A stretch of 64,000 nt of DNA from Gammaproteobacteria bacterium (GTDB taxonomy: Bacteria; Pseudomonadota; Gammaproteobacteria; SZUA-21), in assembly GCA_003233345.1 (NCBI GenBank), contig QILK01000244.1:5977-69976 (forward strand). The letters are read 5' to 3'. The notes beneath the pieces were generated by a model that worked only from the letters and a program-made list of their open reading frames with translations, was not told the DNA's origin and did no database searches. The position numbers were made by a program, and so were the translations under genes. Shown piece by piece: positions 62,120-64,000 of this stretch (the stretch's first letter is position 1; every line of letters starts with the position of its first letter).

Positions 62120-64000
62120 TTGACTGTACTACCCAAGATTCGTCATTCACTTAAATATCGCATTGCGGTAATTATTTTTGTGCTCGAAGGTTTTATGATG
62201 GCAGTGGTGCTAAGTGTAACGCTGTCCGACTCGCTAAACGAAAATCGCAAGCAGCTCAGAATCAACGAAAAGGTGATGATGAATCTGTTGTCTGATCTTA
62301 GCCGCATCGCGTTGTTAACAGCGGAATACGATGATTTGCAACCTTATATCGATCAGATAGTACAGGACCCGAATATTGCTGCCGTTCATCTAGCTGATTA
62401 CAAAAACCGGATTGTGGTCAGTAGCCGGCATGTTTATATAGGCCGAGAACTACGTGTATTGGAATCGAGTGACGGTGAAAAGCGCTGGCGGACTAGAAAA
62501 ATAAACAATAGCAACGGTGTCATTGGTACAGTCGCCATGCTGTTTTCATACGAGAATTTAATTTCAACCAATCAAAAAGTTAGAAATTCAGGGATTACAA
62601 TTGCGTTAACAAGCATGGTTGTGATCGCCGTTATTGGTTATTTGATCGGTTACTTGCTGACCCGGCGGCTCGAAGAGTTGACTTATACCGCGCAAAGATT
62701 TGCGAAAGGTGAGTTCGAGGTTAGAACCAACCTTAAAGGCGGTGATGAGGTGGCGATACTTGGTCGAGCATTTAACAGTATGGCAGAAAATGTTTCAGAA
62801 AATATGGAAGTGCTTAGGCGAATTAAAGATGACCTGGAAGACAGGGTGGTTGAGCGAACCCTGGAACTGGCAATTGCGCGTGATCAGGCAATAAGTGCCA
62901 ACAGGAGCAAAAGTGCATTTTTAGCGAATATGAGCCACGAAATTCGTACACCGTTGACAGCCATTATTGGATTTTCAGAAGCCATCGCCGATGGGCGTTT
63001 ACCCGTAGCCGATCAACAACAGCTTATTAAAATAGTGATACGCTCAAGTAAAGATCTGTTGCGAATAATTAATGACATACTGGATTTCTCAAAAATTGAA
63101 GCCGACAGGTTAGAGATCGACAGGCTGCCTACTAATCCTTTTGATCTTATCGAAGATGTTTACTCACTGGTGGCTTTAATGGCAGAAGAAAAAGGACTGT
63201 TGTTTAGAGTGGATTTTATGTACCCGATGCCCGAAACCATTAATACTGACACGCTACGTTTAAAGCAAATATTGATTAATCTTTGTAACAATGCCATTAA
63301 ATTTACCAAAGAGGGATATGTGTTAATAGAAATTCGCTGTATCGTCGAGAGCCAGAAAATTATTTTTGCGGTAATTGACACTGGAATAGGGATCAATGAA
63401 GATCAACTTGAAAAGTTGTTTCAACCTTTTTCACAAGCAGACTCTTCAACGACAAGAGAGTATGGCGGCACAGGCTTAGGGCTGCATTTGTCGAGAATAC
63501 TGGCGGGCAAACTTGGGGGTTCTTTAGCTGTGGAAAGTGAAGAGGGTGCCGGCAGCAGGCTCACTGTGGAAATTGATACCGGGAATCTTGATGGTGTGAA
63601 AATGCTGGAAGAGGGTACTGATTTTGATACCTCAGGCGAGCGATCAAAAAATTCGATGTCAACCCATGTCGAGGGGCATGTTTTACTGGTTGAAGATAAC
63701 GAAGATAATCAGCGTTTGATTTCCATGTTTATACAAAAGACGGGTGCCAAGGTTGATATCGCCTCAGATGGCGTGCAGGCGATAGAGATGACTTCGAGAA
63801 AAAATTACGACTTAATTTTAATGGACTTGCAAATGCCCAATATGAATGGTCTTGATGCGACGCGAGAAATTCGCGAAAGAGGATTTACCGGTCCGATTAT
63901 CGCTTTAACGGCTAATGCCATGAAAACAGATATCGATGCATCAACACAAGCGGGGTGTGATGAGCATTTATCTAAACCAATCGACCGGGTAAAATTTCTA
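62120..64000 (+). CDS. Hybrid sensor histidine kinase, 3' partial (runs off window)
   Basis: Absent from the ORF track because no stop falls within the window. TTG at 62120 is preceded by AAGGAAAG, with an alternative ATG at 62195. It has 2 TM helices plus HAMP, an H-box MSHEIRTPLTAI, a G-box GTGLGLHLS, and a receiver ILMDLQMPNMNG. Confidence 0.75.
   Translation, partial: MTVLPKIRHSLKYRIAVIIFVLEGFMMAVVLSVTLSDSLNENRKQLRINEKVMMNLLSDLSRIALLTAEYDDLQPYIDQIVQDPNIAAVHLADYKNRIVVSSRHVYIGRELRVLESSDGEKRWRTRKINNSNGVIGTVAMLFSYENLISTNQKVRNSGITIALTSMVVIAVIGYLIGYLLTRRLEELTYTAQRFAKGEFEVRTNLKGGDEVAILGRAFNSMAENVSENMEVLRRIKDDLEDRVVERTLELAIARDQAISANRSKSAFLANMSHEIRTPLTAIIGFSEAIADGRLPVADQQQLIKIVIRSSKDLLRIINDILDFSKIEADRLEIDRLPTNPFDLIEDVYSLVALMAEEKGLLFRVDFMYPMPETINTDTLRLKQILINLCNNAIKFTKEGYVLIEIRCIVESQKIIFAVIDTGIGINEDQLEKLFQPFSQADSSTTREYGGTGLGLHLSRILAGKLGGSLAVESEEGAGSRLTVEIDTGNLDGVKMLEEGTDFDTSGERSKNSMSTHVEGHVLLVEDNEDNQRLISMFIQKTGAKVDIASDGVQAIEMTSRKNYDLILMDLQMPNMNGLDATREIRERGFTGPIIALTANAMKTDIDASTQAGCDEHLSKPIDRVKFL

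Overview
This window is a low-GC gammaproteobacterial chromosome segment (marine Alteromonadales-like codon usage) with no rRNA, tRNA or CRISPR. Housekeeping genes are recognisable: mrcA (PBP1A), ddl, ppnN, rluA, pirin, cspA, slyX, tusE, glnB, and a frameshifted ygiQ. Around them sits a dense set of signalling genes: GGDEF/EAL/HD-GYP proteins, hybrid histidine kinases, and HPt and receiver proteins. There is accessory material too: a cytochrome P450, a TPR-GT9 fusion, a VWA protein with 5 tandem 88-aa repeats, and paralogous secreted proteins. A family of ~160-bp MITE-like palindromic repeats is present in 3 full copies and 1 solo end. There is a cluster of REP-like hairpins, a 55-bp tandem repeat array, and an IS3 OrfA remnant. 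The most notable candidate is an orphan Card1-like CARF + PD-(D/E)xK nuclease gene, coupled with a 3-nt spacer to a cytoplasmic CHAP-domain peptidase gene at 52365-54047. Other candidates are a split MnmC(o)+MnmM (YtqB) tRNA-modification operon; a Gly/Asp-rich 49-aa micro-ORF with a perfect SD beside an ABC exporter and a phosphorelay/c-di-GMP cluster; and a 2-gene module bracketed by 42-bp direct repeats followed by an ankyrin-repeat gene. All identifications come from reading the translated ORFs against remembered family motifs. No database search was run.
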